Shown: positions 26,159-40,019, numbered from the stretch's first letter. The stretch is DNA of 64,000 nt from Lepidodermella squamata (GCA_047495785.1 JBLDXI010000034.1:744001-808000), one strand, 5' to 3'. The notes: generated from the sequence alone by a model not told the origin. A program made the numbers and translations.

Positions 26159-29100
26159 GGATTTATGTCCGATTCCCCGAAATAACTTCCCCGAAAACTT
26201 GTTGCCCGAAAAGTGCATCGCCGAAATAATTTCCCCGAAATAACTTCCCCGAAACGATTAGTCGTTGTAGTAGCGACGAGAAAGACGCTTGTTAGGCTCA
26301 AGGAATTTCCCCGAAAACACACACATGCATAAACTGCAAGAAGATGAATAAACAAATATTATTATCTAAAATTAATGCACAGCTATATAGGCGGTTTCCC
26401 CGAAAACACGCGGATGCACACAACCACTTCCGCATGAGCTGTTGGCATAAACACAGAGAATCGACGTGAATTGACATAAAAAGACGCCCGTCCGAAGGAG
26501 GTTAATCCTCTTAGGTCTTAGGCTGGACGCACTGATTAAAACCGGAAAGAACACGGGTGCTATATGAAACATGTATTATCACAGCTGCATAGAAAACGCG
26601 CGTAAATCAACATCAATGTATTGGAGTGCAATTTAAGCATTAGACCAGCATTTGCTTTAATAAACTCTGGATCTTTCAAACTGTAATCAGTAAAAGATGC
26701 TGACGGCTATAAGATTTCTCCCATTGCAGTCACTTAATATTTATATTTTTTTATTTATTCCAATGTAAGCTTGGTCCATGATCTGGCTGAACTTCATTTG
26801 CTGCTGATTTCAATTAAATTTCAAATTTCAAATTCATTAAATATTGCGGAATTAAGATGTTAATGTTTGAATTAGATTTTGACCAGCTACAATAAAAGTC
26901 GCTTCTGTTATGTCTAAAACAACAAGATCGAAGAGAGTGTCACCCCTGATCAGCCTAACTATGATTAAAAAGGGGCGCGGAAGACCGAGGAAGACTCAGC
27001 CTCAGCCTCAGCCGAATCCTGTCACGCCTCACTTACCTGGTAATTTAAAAATTCTCGAACTCCTGAAATGCATTCATGAATTTGTTTGTGAAAGCGCCAT
27101 CTCAAACCTCAACTCAGGTAAAGCCGCTGAAGGCTAAGAAGCGTGTTGCTCCGGTGACTGTTGACAGCCTGGTCTCTCTGATTTCGCCCATCGCAGTAGA
27201 TACTCGACTCGACTCGCCAGACGTCTTGGACTCGCCCCCATCTCTCGAACCGCAATCGCCTCCTCGGTCGCCGTTGGCTGTCGAAAACAGCACGCCGTCA
27301 GGCTCTCCGGATTCACCCCCGCCGGAAAGACCGCCGCTGGGAGCCCCGGAAGCCGATTATCTCCGCTACGTCGAGGCATTCGAAGAACACCACCGGCGCA
27401 AAGCGAACAAATTTCGTGATCGAAACGCTATTCAGCCTTTCGAGAAAAAAGCGATGCGCAGGTACAAAGCTGATCTCTCCGCAAATTCAGCTCAACGCGG
27501 CTGTACTTTTGAAGACGTTAGTCAACTTTCGATTCAAGCCGAGTCAGAAGCTGTTTTGCGGTACCGAAATGCACATGGTGGCTGTGTTGTCGTGTACAAG
27601 GGTCGTATTTACCTGGAAGATCGTCACGTGATCCGCGGCAAAGAATACATTTATTACCGATGTGCTAATCATCGTGAATGCAAATGTGCCGCCAAGCTAC
27701 AACCGCAAGACGTTCCAGCGATGCCGTCGAATTACGAAGGCGGCGTGTGCAAATGGGATAATCGGCCGATGAAGGTCTATGGGCCTGTTGTCGAGGGTCA
27801 TGAAGGCGATGATAGCGATGAGCGATTTCACGCGGCGGCTTGCATTTCGAATCACGAGCAAATCGAGGCTGACTTGGCGGAAGAAGAAGTCCTGCGTAGA
27901 GTCAGGGAAATGCCTGATAAGGCACCAAATCAACTCTATATTGAAGTTCGCAACGGTCTCTCGAGGGAGGTGCTGAAGCTATTCCGTCCATTCGAGTCGA
28001 TGAAAAACCGGTTTTACTGCGCGAAGAAGGAGGAATATCCGCCCAACCCCGACGATCTAGATCATCTGCTGGAAATAGTGAAGTCTGCCGTGCAAAATGA
28101 CCCTGATGCGATGGAAGCCAACAACTTGGATAGATTTTTGTACGACCACAAAGGGCGAAAATTCTTAAGAAAATTTTATCATGACGAATCTGGCAAGGCT
28201 TACATGATTTTTGCAACCGATGATGGACTGAAGAGAATGGCTCGAACGGCTCGGTGGTTCTTCGACGGCACTTTCAAAATGGCTGCGAAGCACTTCATGC
28301 AAATGTTCACAATCCACACGATTGAACATGGCGTTTCGGTACCGGCGGCCTACGTGCTGATGACGAATAAAGATTCTAAGTTATACGAGTCTATGTTCGA
28401 AACGTTTTTTTCGATGATTGAAAAGCTTGGCGAGCCCCTTGCCCTAGAAGAGGTGACATGTGACTACGAGTCGGGTCTCTTACCGGTTCTGCGAGAATTG
28501 CGAGGAAAAAACGGCCAGCGACTCCGCATCATCGGCTGCCATTTCCATTTCAGGTAAATTCTTAAAATTAATTTCTAAAAATTTTGAACTTCAAAAATTT
28601 AGCTCAATTTAAATTTTAAATTTTTATCTAAATTTTTGAATTTTAAATTTTTTGTTGAAATTTCTAAATTTTATTTTAATAATTTTAATTTTCAAATTTT
28701 AGTCTTGAAAATTTTGAAATTTTGAATTTTAAATTTTTCATAATTGAATTTTTTTCAATTTATCTTTTTCTTTAAAGCCAAGCCATAATTCGAAAACTGG
28801 GTGATTTGGGCCTCCTTAAATATTATCGAAAGCCGAGTCGGGTGGCAACTAACGTGACGCGTAGTTACGTCCGCCGCTTTCTAGCTCTAGCCTTTCTACC
28901 CGTTGAAGATGTGCCGAGCGCCATTCATTATCTCATCGAAAAAGCTCCCGCAATTCAAGCTATGAAGCAATTCTGCACGTATTTCAATTCAACGTGGGGC
29001 GAGAAAGGGCTCTTTCCTCCATGTGAGTGGAACGTTCACGACGAAGAAATACGAACAAACAATGTCGTGGAAGGTCAGCACTATTATTTCTCGTTTTTCG

Positions 29101-29623
29101 CTGTTAAATTAATCAGTTTAGGATGGCACAGTGCGATGAACAAAAAGTTGGTTGCGGCGCATCCAAACGTTTGGCAGTTCATCAACCTGATCCTCGAAGA
29201 AAATCGAGGCGTCGAGGCGAAGCTTGTGCAACTTTCGGGCGGCCAAAAATTAAAAAGAACGATAAAAAAGTATAAAACCATCGATACGGCAATACATTTG
29301 CTAGAACAGTGGTATCTGTCTGAGAATCGACTTATCGACGGACAAGGCCTGGCGCCATTAGAACGTTCAGCCCGTCGCATAACTGTTCTCATCGAGTTTT
29401 TAGAGAGCATTAGCCTCCATCTCTCGGACATTAGCGCCGGATTGTGATATGAATATTTTGCTCCTTGAATACAAACTTGTTGTAAATAAAGCTCGCGTTT
29501 TTGTAAAATTTCGGGGAAGCTTGTTTTCGGGGAAATATATATCGGGCGCGCAGCAATTTCGGGGAAAATGTTTCGAGCAACTATGTTTTCGGGGAAACTA
29601 TTTCGGGGATTCGGGAACACACC
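26159..29623 (+). mobile_element. Full-length Mutator-like (MULE) DNA transposon with sub-repeat TIRs
   Basis: Left end TCCGATTCCCCGAAATAACTTCCCCGAAAAC matches the reverse complement of the right end CCCGAATCCCCGAAATAGTTTCCCCGAAAAC. TTCCCCGAAA sub-repeats at both ends; transposase inside; no TSD found. Confidence 0.85.
26910..29447 (+). CDS. MULE transposase (~736 aa; exons 26910-27039, 27095-28553, 28778-29073, 29122-29447)
   Basis: AT-hook GRGRPRK; FLYWCH/WRKY-like YYRC...C; catalytic FFDGTF, VTCDYE, CHFHFSQAI and RTNNVVEGWH after splicing; no stops. Confidence 0.88.
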
Positions 29624-29653
29624 TGATATCTTGTTCGGGAATACACCTGATCT

Positions 29654-32056
29654 TCAATAATCGAAGCGATATCCTACCCGACTACAACATTGTCATAGAC
29701 TTGGTCGATGATCAATGCCGAGCTCCTCCTGCTGTGGAACGCCTGATTCCTTTCTTCGCTAGTGGCAGTCGAATGTTCAATGAAACGGGACAGATCGGGC
29801 ATTATACGTTGCCGAATGAGGCTGAGTTCTTGAAATATTCCGCGAAAACAATATATGTGCCACCGCTCTTAATTGGTCCAATGTGCTCGAGTGCTTGCCG
29901 TGTCGTTTCAAGATACTCTCAACTATTCGACCTAATCAACGTTCGTTTTCGTCTTTAACATATATGGGTATCGTATCCTTTCCAAATCTTCCAAATTCCA
30001 AAGTATTAATAAACTTTTTTATTTAACAAATTTAACAACAATTTATATCAATTTTTTTAATTTTCCAGTTTTCCGTTGGATGTAACGAAGCAGGTCTTTC
30101 TGATCGAAAGTTGTACCCCAATTTGTACCGCGTGATGTCAAACAGTCAAATTATAACAACCCTGATGCCGTTTTTGCAAATCATGAAGTGGCGGAAAATT
30201 GCCCTAGTTTCGGACACGTCACCTTCGAACTTCCAAACGACAAACGACATGCTTGAAATATTTCCCACTGGGAATATAACCATTCTGGCTAGCGAGTTTT
30301 TCATCGATGATCCAACAGAAGCTGTTCGAAGAATTAAGGAAAGTGGGGCTAGAATTATCGTCGCTAACTGCTACTTTGATATATGCCCAAGCCTTGCATG
30401 CCAGGTAATTATGTGATGATAGCAAAATTGATCACTAACACCTTGCTTTTCAGGCCTTTCTACAGGGTCTTTCTACAGGTTTCCTAGAGCCACCGATATC
30501 GTGAATGTCCCAGTATTTCCGGATGGCTGTGACGCCAAAAGTCTTCGAATAATTGATTCTGGCTCAATGTACTTCCGCCAAGTTCCAAATGATTATAAAT
30601 CAGGGCTGACGGCCCTTGGAATCACAGGGCAACAACTGGACGATTTTTTTACACAGCATTCCCCCGAAACATGGCGCAACCCTCGGGTGGACTCGAGATA
30701 CATGTGCCTGGACAATGTTATACCACCAGTATTTGCTCTGGATGCAGCCGAGAAGAAACTGAACCAGAGAAACTCATCACTACGCTATTACATCGAAAAT
30801 GGCTCGATTTCCTCGGAACTGAGCGATATAGTTCGAGATCACGTGAAACATTTGGATATTCGAATCTTCTCTGGTAGGATTCGGTATGTGAACAATGACC
30901 AAGAAACCCTTGTGCCCACTGGTTACGAGCAGTCTCAAGGTGACGGAACTAAAAGTTTAGTTTTTGTCGATAATGGGGTCGATGCGGTTGATCATTCGAA
31001 ACGATTCGAGCTCAAAGGAACCTTTATTTGGAAAACGCCTAATTCCAAACCTCCAAAGGATGAAGTTTCGATCGTAATAGCTTCGAAATTGCTAGTCGAC
31101 TGGGCAAGTGCATTGATAATGTTTTTGGCAGCTTTTTGAGCGTCAAATTATTCATTCTTCTAATTTTACTCGGAATACTGACGAAGAACTCGAAAGTTTG
31201 CAAGATTGAAATCCGCGGGAGTATTTCGATTGCCTCTGGGCTGATTTTCCAACAAGTTGCTATCTTACTCCATCCTCGTGGAACAACTGATTCGGATGGC
31301 ATGGTTTACTTTTGTCAAATCGCTCCTGTTCTGTTGGCAATCGCCTATACTCTAATTTCCAGCGGATTGTACCTAAGACTTCGGTTGAAACGAGGCCCAA
31401 TGCGTCAAAGGCGTAGTGCATGGAAAGCTAACAGGATCGATGTATTTCGATTGTCTTCGTTTAACATTTCGAGGCCTTCATCTCAGACCGTCCAATTATC
31501 ACGCCCACGCGCAGCAAAGAGTTCGTATTACTCGATCGCGGGTTTTGTCCTTACTAATTTCCTACTTCTCGTCGCTTGGTACGTGTTTGGAGGTGTTCCA
31601 AGCGTTCGAGACATCACCACGTCGCGGATTGATCTTCGAAACGACGTACTATTTATAGAAGTTTCAAAGTTCTGCTCGTCTCAAGGCTCAGAAAATGTTC
31701 TATATGTCTTCGCCGGAGGTTTACTAGCGACTCATGGTCTAGCGTTGATCCTGCTGTTCATCCTAGCTTTGATCAAGAGCCGAAATAAGGACCAAGAGCA
31801 TCGCTGTATTATCATATGTTGCTACGTCATTTTGCCTGCTACGCTAGCTCAGGTTCTAGCTGTGCTGATTTTTGTGGCACCCGAAGCGAAGTTCTACTTC
31901 CTAAGTTCTGCTACCATATTGACAAGTGCTGCAATTGTTTCGATGCTGTTTGCCGATAAACGGAAGCTGATCTTGCAGGAAATCAGTAACATTTGTCGGG
32001 CTTGTTTTCCCGGTACCAAAATCCCAGAAGAACCGAAACAGCGAGGTTCGGATTAA
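29654..32056 (+). pseudogene. GABA-B-like class C GPCR pseudogene (G2), 5'-truncated
   Basis: Starts mid-exon (NNRSDILPDY) directly after the MULE TIR. YGPNIVWV is replaced by a CTTTCTACAGG duplication near 30455-30480. Frameshift in TM1 near 31135. Confidence 0.85.
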
Positions 32057-33129
32057 CAGTAATCCGAAAAAGTTGACTGAATCGGTGAACTCGAAATACG
32101 TGATTATTCCGTTTGAGTTCAGTTAACTCTCATTTCTGTGTTGTGATTGATGCTGCTGATACTTTTCCAATTAAGAATAAGGGCTAATGCGGGCATTTTG
32201 TCGCGTCCTAGCATGATCTGCAACGAACTGAGCCTGTGAACCACCCTATACCCTATACATTGCCCCGTTAAGGTTGCCGTTTATCTCGTGGATTATGTCT
32301 GTTGTAAGTCACTCAGTCTCGCCCGGCGGTTGTAACGCGTAACGCCGATGACTCGGTGTTCGGTGTTTGCAGCAGCTGTTTCAGCGGCGATCGTGCCTTT
32401 CGCCTCCGAAGAAATCCCCATCATTCACTCAATCTCCACGACGTCATTCTCATCCGCTGCACCTCGATGTTACGAAGTTTTGGTAGCAGATCGAAGACCG
32501 TCTCACGATCTGTGACGAACTGAGCCTCTTCGACTGAAGAGAGCGAAGTCCCGCTAGGGATGGTATGGATCATTCTTAACAGTTCCATTGCTCTGCTTTG
32601 AACTCAGACAAAGACAAAAGGGAATACCCTATGGTCGAATTTCCTTATCCTTTCCAGTTCCACTGTCCTACTTCGCTCTCTACTCTTCGACTCCCAGAAC
32701 CGCCGAGTTTTCCGTTATCCGGCGCGTGATAGTCGATACTATGTGTCGCCTTAGGACTTTCCTAACCCTCTGTTTGATGCCAAGAGTCTTATTATCTATG
32801 AGAGGGGGAAGGGTGACAGGTGGCAACTTCTTTGTACTTTCTTGTAATCTACACGAGTGAGCTCATCTTTACACCCAAGGCCCTTGGTACGTCCAGCGTG
32901 CCAGGACGCGTACTAGGCTTATATTAGTCCAGGGCTCAGAACGAAATCGATCTGATCACTGCCTAGGCAACAGTTAACTTTGGCGGCAACAGTACAACGT
33001 CGCCAAGTCAGCGGGTCTGTATCTTGCCTCGGCATTATTTCATCACCTCAGCGACCTCCTGGAAGTCTTACGACTGCGACGTCAGAGCTCGCCTCGCCTT
33101 CCTTTCAAGGCGCGTTTGATGCCACCAGT

Positions 33130-33370
33130 TTCCGCTATCAACCAGTTGCTAAATTCCCCCTTGTTTAGTTAGAATTTCATCTAGTTTAATTCAGTTGAAG
33201 TCACGTTCTGTCTGAGAAGCGAGCTGGCTAATTCAGTGCGCTCGGAATTGAGAGCAATGCAGGTCGCAGTTGAACACAAGCATCACATCATAACATCAGC
33301 AAAACAGGCTGATATTTTTAATTGGATGGCTAGAGTATATTCAGCCCTTATGATGCGGTGCTCTACAATA
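33130..33370 (+). promoter_or_regulatory. Orphan copy of the GPCR upstream (promoter/5'UTR) block
   Basis: GTCACGTTCTG...GCTGGCTAATTCAGTGCGCTCG at 33200 matches blocks at 33869, 41775 and 48467, which lie 177-190 nt upstream of GPCR ATGs. No GPCR ATG follows this copy. Confidence 0.6.
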
Positions 33371-34045
33371 CAAATTTTTACCAGACTTTGTCCGACACAA
33401 TTTACCCACAAGGTTGGCGGATGGCGGTCTTCCCCGCGGGGAGAAGCAGCTTGGGTCGAGCGCTTTTCAGTAATAAATTTTGTCCATAAGACCGGGGTGC
33501 GATCTTCGATCCCCGAGCTCCCAGGGATGGAAACAACATTTTTGCTGTTTTTGCCAGAATGACGCGTCATTTCGGCTAATAACCGAGCGAAGCGAGAAAA
33601 TTTTGGAGATTTTCCACTAAAACACGCCCCAGAACCTTCCAAAATTAACAAAACAGTGGGATAAATTCTCAGTTTGTTGTCTTGCCCGGCCGAGCTGGGG
33701 GGGATGATCCCCCCCATCCCCCTGAAAGTCGCACACTGCATAAGACTTTCTGTGTCATATTCGTCCTGACAGATGATATGTCCTAAGTATTTCAACTCAA
33801 GTTTCTCTACCGTATGACTCAGTACTACCCGACAACTATGAATTTTATTTTCTTTTTCTTTGGTTTAAGTCACGTTCTGGCTAATTCCCAGCGCTCGAAA
33901 TAGATAGGAATGCGGGTTTTAGTTGAAAACGATCAGCTTACAGGCTAATATTATTAATTGGTTTGCTAGAGTATAATCAGCTAAAATCTTTATAAAGACC
34001 TGAAACGATCGCCATTCCTTCGCTTTTTCGGATTCAAAGTCAAGC

Positions 34046-36522
34046 ATGTCGTTGAATATAGCTGCACTTATATTAGCGTTCATGCTGAGATGTTCAAATG
34101 GCGTTACTTTGACCAAGCCTTACACGCTACGAATCCCCGTCACCCTGCCTATCGGAGGGCCCATTGCACCACTCGGTAGAATGTGCACCGAGTCAATTGA
34201 GCTGTTCCTTCGAACTATCAATAATCGAACCGATATTCTACCCGACTACAACATCGTCGTAGACTTGGTCGACGATCAATGCAGTGCAACTCCTGCCGTA
34301 GACCGCCTGATTCCTTTCTTTATTGGTGGAAGTCGAATCTTCGATGAAACGAAGCGTATCGGGCATTTTACGCTGCCGAGTGGTGCTGAGTTTTTGAAGA
34401 ATTCGGCTAGAAAGAGCTATGTCCCACCTCTTTTGATCGGCTCGCAGTGTACGGCTGTCTGCCGCGTTGTTTCGAGACAAACTCAGCTTTTCGACATCAT
34501 TAACGTTAGTCCCAAATATAAACGAATTTTGATCAAAATCTTCATTTGATTATTTGAAATTTCAGTTTTCCGCAGGGTGTAATGATGCAAGTTTTTCTGA
34601 TCGAAAGCTGTTCCCAAATTTGTACCGCGTGTTGTCCAACAGCCAAAAATTAACCACCATGATGCCGTTTCTACAAATCATGAATTGGCGGAAAATTGCC
34701 CTAGTTTCGGACACTTCGCCGTCACACTTCCAGACGTCGAAAGATATGATTGAAATATTTCCCACTGGAAATTTGACCATTGTTGTTAGCGAGTTTTTCA
34801 TCGATGATCCAACGGAGGCTGTTCGAAGAATCAAAGAAAGTAGGGCTAGGATAATTTTTGCTAACTGCATTTTTGACATATGCCCAAGTCTTGCGTGCCA
34901 GGTATTTTTATGCCTGCTATCAAAAACATGAAACCGCTCTTTATTTTCAGGCATATCTTCAGGGCCTTTACGGTCCAAACATCGTTTGGGTATTTCCAGG
35001 GGCTACTGATTTCGTAAATATCCCAACATTTCCAAAAGGCTGCGACGCCAAAAGTCTTCAAATCATCGATACAGGCTCGATGTACTTTCGCCAGCTTGCG
35101 AATGATTACAAATCTGCCACGACAGCTCTTGGAATCACCGGGCAACAACTCGACGATTTTTTCACGCAAAATGTACCGGAAACATGGCGAAGCCCGCTAG
35201 TTAACTCGAGATTCAGGTGTTTGGACAACGTTCTACCTTCAGCTTTTATCCTGGATGCCGCAGAGAAGCAACTGAACCAGAGGAATTCATCCTTACGTCA
35301 TTACATCGAAAATGGCTTGATGTATCCGGAACTGAGCAAAATAGTTCGAGAACAGGTTGAAAATATGGATATTCGGATCTTTTCTGGTAGGATTCGGTAC
35401 GAAAAGAATGAGCAACAAACCTTGGTGCCAACAGGGTATGAGCAGTCTCAAGAAAACGGAACTAGACGAATGGTCTTCGTCGATAATGGGGTCGAAGCTG
35501 TAGATCAGTCTAGAAGATTCGAGGTGAAAGGTACCTTCTTCTGGAAAACTCTCAACGCCAAACAGCCAAAAGATGAAATCATAGTCAAAAAAACTTCGAA
35601 ATTACTGGTCAGCTGGGCAAGTATTTGTATCATGGTTCTGGCAGTTCTTACGATAGTCATTGCGCTCATTTTATTATCCTGCCTCGGCACATTCTTGAGA
35701 GATTCAAGGTTCAACAAGGCTGAAATTCGAGGAAGCATTTCCATAGTCACCGGGCTGGTTTTCCTGCAAATTTCTATCCTGTTACATCCCTATCAAACAA
35801 CTGATTCGAGTGGTATGGTTTACTTCTGTACTGTCGCCCCAGTCTTCACATCGATCGCTTATTCACTCATTTCCAGCGGATTGTTCCTGAGACTCGAGTT
35901 GGACATGAATTCACATGAATTTCGCTCGAGTCGCAATGCTTCGAGACCAAGCCGCTTCAATCTATCTCAAAAGACGAGTTTGAAGATTTCGACATCTTCC
36001 AACAAGATCGCTAGTCCTCCCCGGCAGCAAGTGGCCAAGAGCTCATATTACTTCATCGCTGCATTTGCTATTTCTAATTTGCTGCTCCTCGTCGCTTGGT
36101 ACGTGTTTGGAGGGGTCCCAAGCGTTCGAGACATAATCACGTCTCGTATCGATCTTTACAACGACGTGGTCTTTGTAGAAATGTCAAAATACTGCGCATC
36201 TTACGGTTCACAAATTGAGGTTTATGTATTCGCCGGGGGTTTACTGGCGATTCATGGTATTGCGTTAATCTCGCTTTGCGTGTTAGCGATGATCAGAAGT
36301 CAGAAAAGTGACGAAGAGCTTCGCCGTAGTGTGAAATGCTGCTTTGTAATTATGCCGGCTACGTTAGCCCAGGTTCTAGCTGTACTGATATTTGTGGAGC
36401 CCGAAGCAAAGTTTTACTTCTTAAGTTCTGCTACCATATTGACAAGCGCTGCGGTGATTCTGATACTTTTCACCGGTAAAAGGAAGATAATTATGCAGGC
36501 ATTCAAAAGTATGGGCCGGTGA
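34046..36522 (+). CDS. GABA-B-like class C GPCR G3; exons 34046-34504, 34566-34901, 34951-36522
   Basis: Signal peptide, VFT and 7TM; two GT-AG introns restore the frame; paralogous to G1. Confidence 0.88.
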
Positions 36523-36755
36523 GCTACTGCGCTCCTGTGATTAGTATCAGGATCACAGAAGCGACTCCTTCAAGGTAATTCAACGATTTGTGAGCTAGCC
36601 AGTTAACTTTGCAAAGTTTGTTGGCTCTAAAAGGTCGTGGAGAGTTTTGCAAGGTTTTGATAATACAGGGCGATAACACATTATTATGGCACCCGCGCGT
36701 GTCGAAACGTTGTCGTTAACGCGTTAAGCTATTTACTGAAACTATTCTATATCAA

Positions 36756-36924
36756 CCGTAAATACCGAATTACAAGGCAGGACCGTAATAAAGGGCAGGG
36801 GCAGACCTATCCTAAGAATTTAAGACCTGTTTTGCATTGATCTTGGGCAGGCGTGCAATTCAATTTTCTGGAAATACCCTCCGGAAAAAATTGAAGGTAG
36901 TGCCTTATAATTCGGTATTTACGG
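36756..36924. mobile_element. Tc2/pogo-like MITE (169 bp)
   Basis: 24-bp TIR CCGTAAATACCGAATTA(C/T)AAGGCA with one mismatch; TA on the right flank (AA on the left). Confidence 0.75.
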
Positions 36925-38441
36925 TATTTTGCTACTGGTCGTTCTGCGCCCCGTTTCAGGGACTGTTGCGCAACATTACACCGTCATTTTAAATTTACCA
37001 CGGTCCTTCTTCATCATCATCGTCTTTTTGATAATCACCGCATTTGTTTTATTGTTTAGTTTTCCGATGATTTTCCAATTTATTAATTTCAAAAATGTTC
37101 GCCCAATTTCCCGCGCGTCGGGCAGCCAATTTGTTTATTTTGTTTGATTTAAGAATCATTACCATTCGATAAATTACAATTTGTTTGCAAATTCAATCGA
37201 TCACGATTTAGTTTCGCATTCTGCAGATTTTTCGCGCCCATTGGATTTTGCCTGCGCGACAAAGAAATTCTGCTATTGTCATGTAGTTCAAAGAACTCTG
37301 TCAACTTTCATGTTTAATATAAAATCTATGATCTATGTTTTATAGAAAAATCGTGATTAAATAAAAAAGCATTGAGAACGTACTGAACTTGGGGTTTTTC
37401 ATTTATTTAGGCAGAAAGGCCTGTTCGCGCTCTAACAAGCGGCATAATTCGTCGACCGCAAAACTGCAAGCAACCCAAGCATTGATCGAATACTGACTGC
37501 CCTCCGAGGCTACGTCGTAATAAGGGCGATAACGTCAGAAACGACTTTTACCACTGATTACCACTGATGCAGTGTCGAAGAAGCTGGGGGGGGGTTACAG
37601 GGATGGTCCCGGGTTCGCAAACGGTCATCCCTGGCAGGGACCCTCGCTATCCCTGGCTCGCTAACCTGTGTTTCGTGACAAATTTGGTAGAAGATTAGGC
37701 TATTATCAGACATATCGCCAGCTAAGCTCGCTTCGCTCGCAACTATGAAATTTTGGCTTATTTTGCCTCAGTAACCAACAAATTGCAGCTAGAGGTGGAA
37801 AGTTGTGCCTTGTGAGCGTGCGCAGCACGCGAGCGACTAAGTCTCTTATCCTGCTCTCAGCAAAAGGTCAACCTTTGACACTGCACTGATGGCCAGGTTC
37901 GCAATAAGAAAACTGAAGCAGCAGCCCGCCTTGCTTGGCTAGTTGCACGGTCGACATCCTCTTGACCCCATTTCGTCTAATTGTGAATAATCAGAGAGTT
38001 GGGACACAATCCGGCTATCTTCTTCGTAAAAATTGTGTTTTTAACTTAGCATTTTCGTTTTTACAGTTTTTACAGCCTAATCCGAACGTCATTGCCTTTC
38101 TCCAGGATAGCGGAGTATGTGCTTCGGATAATCGTCGCAAGCAAAGACGAGATCGAATCGTATCGAGAACCAATCAATCTTATCTTCCGTGCCGTGTTGC
38201 ATGCGTCTCTTGTTAATCCTATGCTACTCAATGATTTATGCCCTATCTCGGAAGCAGGCAATGGAGAGTTGCCCCATGCCTACCAACTGTTGAAGCAGGC
38301 GGCAGGCAGTGTTCCGATTTTTTCCCACTGGACTACGCTCAGTGGCAGACACAAAAAATATTCCTTATTAAAACCGTTGAGAAAAAGGGTAGGGTTATAT
38401 TTAATCGGCGGACACTTTCAGACCTTAGAAGCCAGCTAGGT

Positions 38442-39836
38442 TTGGGGATTTCTTAAGTTAAAAATTCGCAATTTTCGTGCTTTTATATAAAAAAATTTCG
38501 CAAACATCCATTTTCTATTCTCTCAAGCCCACAGTTCCCATTCTCATTAGACCCACTTTTCAATGATCGGGAATCTGGAATCTGCCTGGAGGTAAGTTTG
38601 AAGGAGCGAAGGAGATTCCTTCCTATTTTGAGGAAAGAACCAGCTTCCAGCTTCCAGATGCTTATTTTTCGCGTTTTCAGTAGCTTCGCTCGCATTCTAA
38701 TTTCTAATCCTATCACCTATTTGTTGTTTACCTATATAAAACAGCTATAGCAATATAAAAGAATTTACTCCCCTAGAACAGCATCGGCTTTATGAAATAA
38801 CATCTCTTAATTTTTATCGCGTTTTTGCGAACTTCGAACCAATTGACTAAGCGAAAAAATCGAAAATAATCAAAAAAAACTTCTAAATTGGGGATTTCTC
38901 AAGTTAAAAATTCGCAATTTTCGTGCTTTTATATAAAAAATTTCGCTCGCTTCGTTCCCAAACATCCATTTTCTATTCTCCTAAGCCCACAGTTTCCATT
39001 CTCATTAGACCCACTTTTCAATGATCTGGAATCTAAAATTTGCCTGGAGGTAAGTTTGAAGGAGTGAAGGAGATTCCTTCCTATTTTGAGGAAAAAACCA
39101 GCTTCCAGCTTCCAGATGCTTATTTTTCGCGTTTTCAGTAGCTTCGCTCGCATTCTAATTTCTAATCCTATCACCTATTTGTTGTTTACCTATATAAAAC
39201 AGCTATAGCAATATAAAAGAATTTACTCCCCTAGAACAGCATCGGCTTTATGAAATAACATCTCTTAATTTTTATCGCGTTTTTGCGAACTTCGAACCAA
39301 TTGACTAAGCGAAAAAATCGAAAATAATCAAAAAAAACTTCTAAATTGGGGATTTCTCAAGTTAAAAATTCGCAATTTTCGTGCTTTTATATAAAAAATT
39401 TCGCTCGCTTCGTTCCCAAACATCCATTTTCTATTCTCCTAAGCCCACAGTTTCCATTCTCATTAGACCCACTTTTCAATGATCTGGAATCTAAAATTTG
39501 CCTGGAGGTAAGTTTGAAGGAGTGAAGGAGATTCCTTCCTATTTTGAGGAAAAAACCAGCTTCCAGATGCTCATTTTTCACATTTTCAGTAGCGAATCAC
39601 CGGAAAATCGGCTCGCTTCGCTCGCATTCTAATTTCTAATCACATCACCTAGTTGTTGTTTACCTGATATAAAACAGCTATAGCAATATAAAAGACCTTA
39701 CTCCCCTAGAACAGCATCGGCTTTAAGCTTTAGAAAATAACATCTCTGATTTTTAATCGCGTTTTTGCGAACTTCGAACCAATTGACAGCAGCTAAACGA
39801 AAAAATCGAAAATGATGAAAAAAAATTCCAAATTGG
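38442..39836. repeat. Tandem repeat, 3 units of ~446-490 bp
   Basis: Units start TTGGGGATTTCT at 38442, 38888 and 39346. Units 1 and 2 are near-identical; unit 3 diverges in its 3' half. Confidence 0.92.
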
Positions 39837-40019
39837 CGTACACTTTTCTGCTACTTCTTTCCAGTGGCAGACACTTTCACGAAAAAAAATCGGAGGACTG
39901 GCGGCAGGTAGGAGCTGCTTTGGCAACTTGCTTCCTGAAGACTAGTATCTCGTTGTAATTTTCAGTTTTCAGGCTGTATCTAAAATCAATTTCCCGAGAT
40001 TTTATTGAAAGCAAGTATC

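Noticed and set aside
32160-32900. Possible degenerate RTE-like retroelement fragment on the minus strand
   Set aside because: Only a weak GVTRYNR-type resemblance with many stops; not supportable.
38483-39581. Three similar short minus-strand ORFs as a peptide gene family
   Set aside because: By-products of the tandem repeat; non-ATG or variable starts and no protein features.
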